DNA from: Rhodosorus marinus CCMP1338 | Taxonomy: Eukaryota; Plantae; Rhodophyta | Direction: 5' to 3' | Length of the DNA stretch: 64,000 nt | Assembly: GCA_029953675.1 (NCBI GenBank) | Contig: JAMWBK010000003.1 | Coordinates: forward strand, 3,038,001-3,102,000 | In this document: piece after piece, positions 60,101 through 64,000 of the stretch | Layout of the letters: every line of letters starts with the position of its first letter | Numbering within the stretch: position 1 is the stretch's first letter | Made by a program: the position numbers and the translations under genes | Notes under the pieces: generated by a model | What the model saw: only the letters and a program-made list of their open reading frames with translations | Databases searched by the model: none | Told to the model about the DNA's origin: nothing

Positions 60101-63100
60101 ACATACCCTGGTCTTCCTCACCCTCTTCCACAGGTTTGCAGAAACCCTTCTGGCAGACGGTTATGAAGATGCTCTGAATGCATCTCAACAGGGAACATCC
60201 TTCTCTGTGAAGATCGAACACGTCGTTGAAAGCTACGCGGAGCACGTGATGCACAAAGGTGTCTAGCACGAGCCCCAGTCTATAGCAAAGGTCACGGATT
60301 TCTGTGCTCTTTTTTCCTTCAACCTTGAGCGCCTCCGAGATGAAGACCTTCACATCCTGGCCTAGCTCAACAACATTGAGCTTGCGGACGAGCTCGGTGG
60401 CTTTCTCATGCCCATTTCGAATGGAGCGAAGCGCTACAAGAGCGTCCTCGGACTCCGATCCAGAATCGTCCGGTAAACCTTCAGTTGTGCTTGAACTAAG
60501 CCTTTGAGTCCCTAGAAGAACTCGCTCGACGCACGCCGATGCGAGCCCTTCGAGATGAGTCCAGGTGCTCCTCGACAGGGGCTCGTCACTCATTTCTTCA
60601 TCCGAATTGGTTCTTTGGAAGAACTCATCTACCTCACGCCGAGCTGAGAGGATAAACGGTGAGGTAATATTGCTTTCCTCCAGTTGCTCAGCTCGCGAAG
60701 TGTTTCGTGCTATGGTGTCAATAAGCCGCTGACAAGTGGCTGCCTGCTTCTCATCAGCGAATCCTTGGCTCCCTGGAGCTCCAAGGCCGTGGTCGTCACC
60801 CAAGCCCTCAGTGAGGGTGCTAGCAGTGAGCTTCAGAAGCGAGGAAGTTTTCCCGAAGGACCTCTCGGTTTCCACTTTAGGTATTTGGGCCTTCCTTGCA
60901 GTCGGAAGTTTCTCCAACGCAGCCGTCGCATCCAACGTAGATGATAGGGTTGTCGCTTCAAAAGCAATATCTTTGATTATTCGGCAGAGCTTCGCTGTCA
61001 TTCCATACAGTCCCTCGCCCATCTTCCCGCTGGCACTGATCGCTGCGCGGAGTAGGAGCTTCGATTGCGCCTCAATTTCTTCAACTAGAATCCTCGCGTC
61101 GAAGAGGAAACTCCTATCTTCTGTTAGAACTGAGAGCAGGTGGTCGCTCAAGCCTCTCATCTGATTAGCATCACGGCGAGACACGTCAGTGTTCAGAGAT
61201 AAACCAGACACCTCGTTCAACCTGGACTGCCGGAAAATGCAGGTGTAGAACTCGCGGTCTATACGTTCAACCCCAGTCGGTGACGTAATGATCCACTTTT
61301 CGTGGTTCCCCTCAATGTCTGCTCTCCGACTTGACAAGCCAGACTTGACTAGTGCGCGGAGCAGTTCGCTTAGTGCCCTCTGTTTGATCGGGACGAGATC
61401 TTTCGTGAGCTCCAGCTTTGACAGTTCTAAAGCTCTCCTTCTCGCGACTCTCTCCAGGTTCCTACACGACTGCGTCCCGGCTTTCGTCCACGTCCTTGAC
61501 AGCAGCTTGTCGGCGAGCTTGTTAATTCTACCGGTCAATGCCTGCGCGTCCTTCAGCCGTCCTTCATAGATGCTCGGGCCGTTTTTATTAGCGGAATGCT
61601 GAAAGCAATTGTCCTCCAGGTCGATGAAAGGTGCATTGTATGATTCTGGTTCGGTTTCCAAGTTGTCTAGGCCCATCTTTGACCGCTCCAAGATTTCTAT
61701 CGTTGAAATTTGAGTTCTAAGAACGGCATCCATCTCAGTGCACAAGCGGTGCAAGTTCCTCCTGTTGCGATCTGCGACAGCCTTGAGACGAAAGTACTCC
61801 AAGGCCTTGTCATCCAGAGCTGCCCCAGTGGTTTGCTTCATTGTGGCACTCTTCTTGTCCCATTCACCAAGTCTAACATACTCCCGCATTCTCTTCTCCA
61901 AGGGAGCTTTCTGTTGCTCCAAATAGATATCTGCAGCATTCTGAAATTGCCTGTAGTATCCGGCAAGTGATGCTAGAGCATTTCTCAGTCCTCTCTTTCG
62001 CTCCGTGTTGTCGGGAGAATGTTGTACGAGCTTGGAAAACGAGCCCACGAGTTCCACACGAGAAGCCAACTCGCCTATAGACGAAGAGCGAAGAAACTGA
62101 TCAAGTGTGGACAGGACCCCCGCCATTCCAGAGCCGTCCTCGGGCTCAAGCAAGTGCCTTCGCACGATCTCGAACATATGAGGGAACCACCTGCCTGTGA
62201 TCTCCTTTGGTGCGACGATTCTGGAGGCCAATATATTCGGCCAGGATGAGATCTCATAGCTGCGCCATTTTGCAGTGAGAAAAGCCAGCTGCCTCTCGTC
62301 TTCACTCAGTTTTAGGTCGCTCTTCGCATAGAAGCGATTCCACTCATCAACAAGTCGTAAGAGACCTTCTACTGAGACCGTTAGCCTCGACAGCGATGTA
62401 GAATAGTCGCTGTTAGAAATTTTTGCGGCAAGTGACTCAATCCGGCCCAAGACCGGATGCTCCTCCATGGACAAGTCCCGCTTCAACCTTCGAACGTTCT
62501 CCGTTAGCAGGGACAGACGCACGACTATGCTGCGAATCTCCTCCGGGAATGCATCCTTGTAAAAGTTTCGACTAGTCTTGCTCGTGCTCGGTAATGCATA
62601 GCCTATCCAAAAGAACAAACAAAGCAGGGTGCGGTTGCAAAAATAAGAACTGGGGCCTAGTTGAGTACTTGTCGTTTGACATATCGGTCCACTGGATAGT
62701 CCCACCGTTCTCCTTGAGGCATAAAGTTGCAGAAAGGTGCGCGACGGCCGCTTGCTGGCTTAACACTCTACTGGACATTGGCTGCATGCATGGGTTTTTT
62801 GAAAGCAGCTCGTAAGCAACGTGGAAGGATTCCGCATAGGTCTGCACCAAAAACTGGCTCTTTGAAGATGCGTGTTGTTTCCAGTCCGCATTGACCAACC
62901 CCCGAAAGATCTCCCATATTTGTTGCATGCTGTCTGTGACGCTCTGACGTTTTGGCTTATCACCTGCATTCTTCTCCGCCATTGAGATCCCTCCGAATGC
63001 GTTCGCTATGTCATAGTCAACTTCAACGTCGCCGAAGGTTGCTCTGAAATCTCGTTCTTCTGCTTCCTCCAAAGACTCGTTAGGCCTGCAGACGCTTCCA

Positions 63101-64000
63101 TAAGTATACAGACTCTGAGCATTCGTTATTTCCCACAGCTTAGCGTCTTCTAAAACTCTCCACGACTTGATATGAGCCTCCACAGCGCTATATATAGAGG
63201 ACCATTCCTCGCTTACGCTCGAGGCTTTGTAGGCGAGCCTGAGCAACGTGACCTTCTGAAGTCCCAAGTTCGTTGCGAATCGCTGATGAAAGGTTTCCCT
63301 TAGGTTGGACATTGGCATGCTGACAAGGTTATCCACCGTACTCAGGACAGCGTCACCTCCTTCATGAACTTTCAGTGATGTCAGGTAGAGTCGAACGCCG
63401 AGGCGAAGCCTCTCCAGGCCCAAGGCCACCCCACCGAGAGCGTCACGCAGGTGACTGGCAACTCCATCGATTTTGTAGTCCCGCGTGACATTCGCTACTG
63501 AACCCTGCCACGCTCTTTCCAAATCACTAGCCCTTCCCACGTCAGTGCCCATCCTCTTAATAAGATCAGCTACCTTGTCTCCGGACGCGATCTCGTCGCA
63601 GAACCTCCGCAAGCGATGCCAATGCCTATCATAAGGATCCAGCGTTTCAAGTCGAGGCACAATTCTGTCTGCCGTCACCTCAATCAGAGCACGATCAGTT
63701 TCCATTTCAGCTTCCAGATTTTTTTGTCGGGTGACGGTTGCCTTCTCATCATGCCCAAGACGAACTGCGGCCATTACATTCATCGCGGTGACTCTTGCTT
63801 TGAATCGGACCAGAACTTCCGTCGCAGCATTTGACAGCTCCTGAGCAGCCACGGCAGGATCAATTTGGTGCCCCGGAAGAAACTTATTGATCAAGTCCTG
63901 CCCGGAAGAGATCCACATCCGTGCAACTGCATCAAGATGAGCCTAATCAGAACAAGAAAAAAGGGCGAAAAACGTGTGAGTTTTGTAGTTCGAAATCTTC
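57118..64000 (-). CDS. MDN1: Midasin (Rea1) 3' part: linker, D/E-rich region and MIDAS/vWA domain; continues beyond the window
   Basis: LLEPTLASRLEGDYRTGKRLSMRRVIEFIASDYRRDRIWLRRTK; MIDAS ICVDDSESM; IISDG; YLDDFPFPFY...LPEVIGDCLKQW; a long acidic tract. Confidence 0.96.

Overview
Gene-dense eukaryotic nuclear DNA with short GT-AG introns. It is most consistent with a unicellular red alga; this is an inference from MAFV/MDVIGFV-type plastid transit peptides, CCB1, IspE, RSH, a plant-type RS SR protein and a GalEa-like copia relic. Recognisable genes in order: lipoyl synthase (5' partial), HugZ/PNPOx-like protein, IspE, a coiled-coil protein, an RS-type SR protein, TIM17, a RING-H2 ligase, a SAM methyltransferase, a LOG pseudogene plus an intact LOG, a PPR-like protein, two convergent copine-like C2 genes, a cyclase-family hydrolase, CASP, CCB1, a RelA/SpoT homologue, mitochondrial bS6 with a long tail, SERF, an ELO elongase and the 3' part of midasin. 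The most unusual stretch is 19.9-25.9 kb: a rearranged tandem duplication of the LOG locus with seven diverged ~170-bp repeat units upstream of LOG, a 1.3-kb insertion and a templated filler. Transposon relics (possible hAT, copia, CRE-type LINE) lie at 40.8-41.5 kb and 47.1-48.9 kb. I found no rRNA, tRNA or CRISPR array, and nothing I can establish as a new biological system. All exon structures were assembled by eye and no database searches were run.
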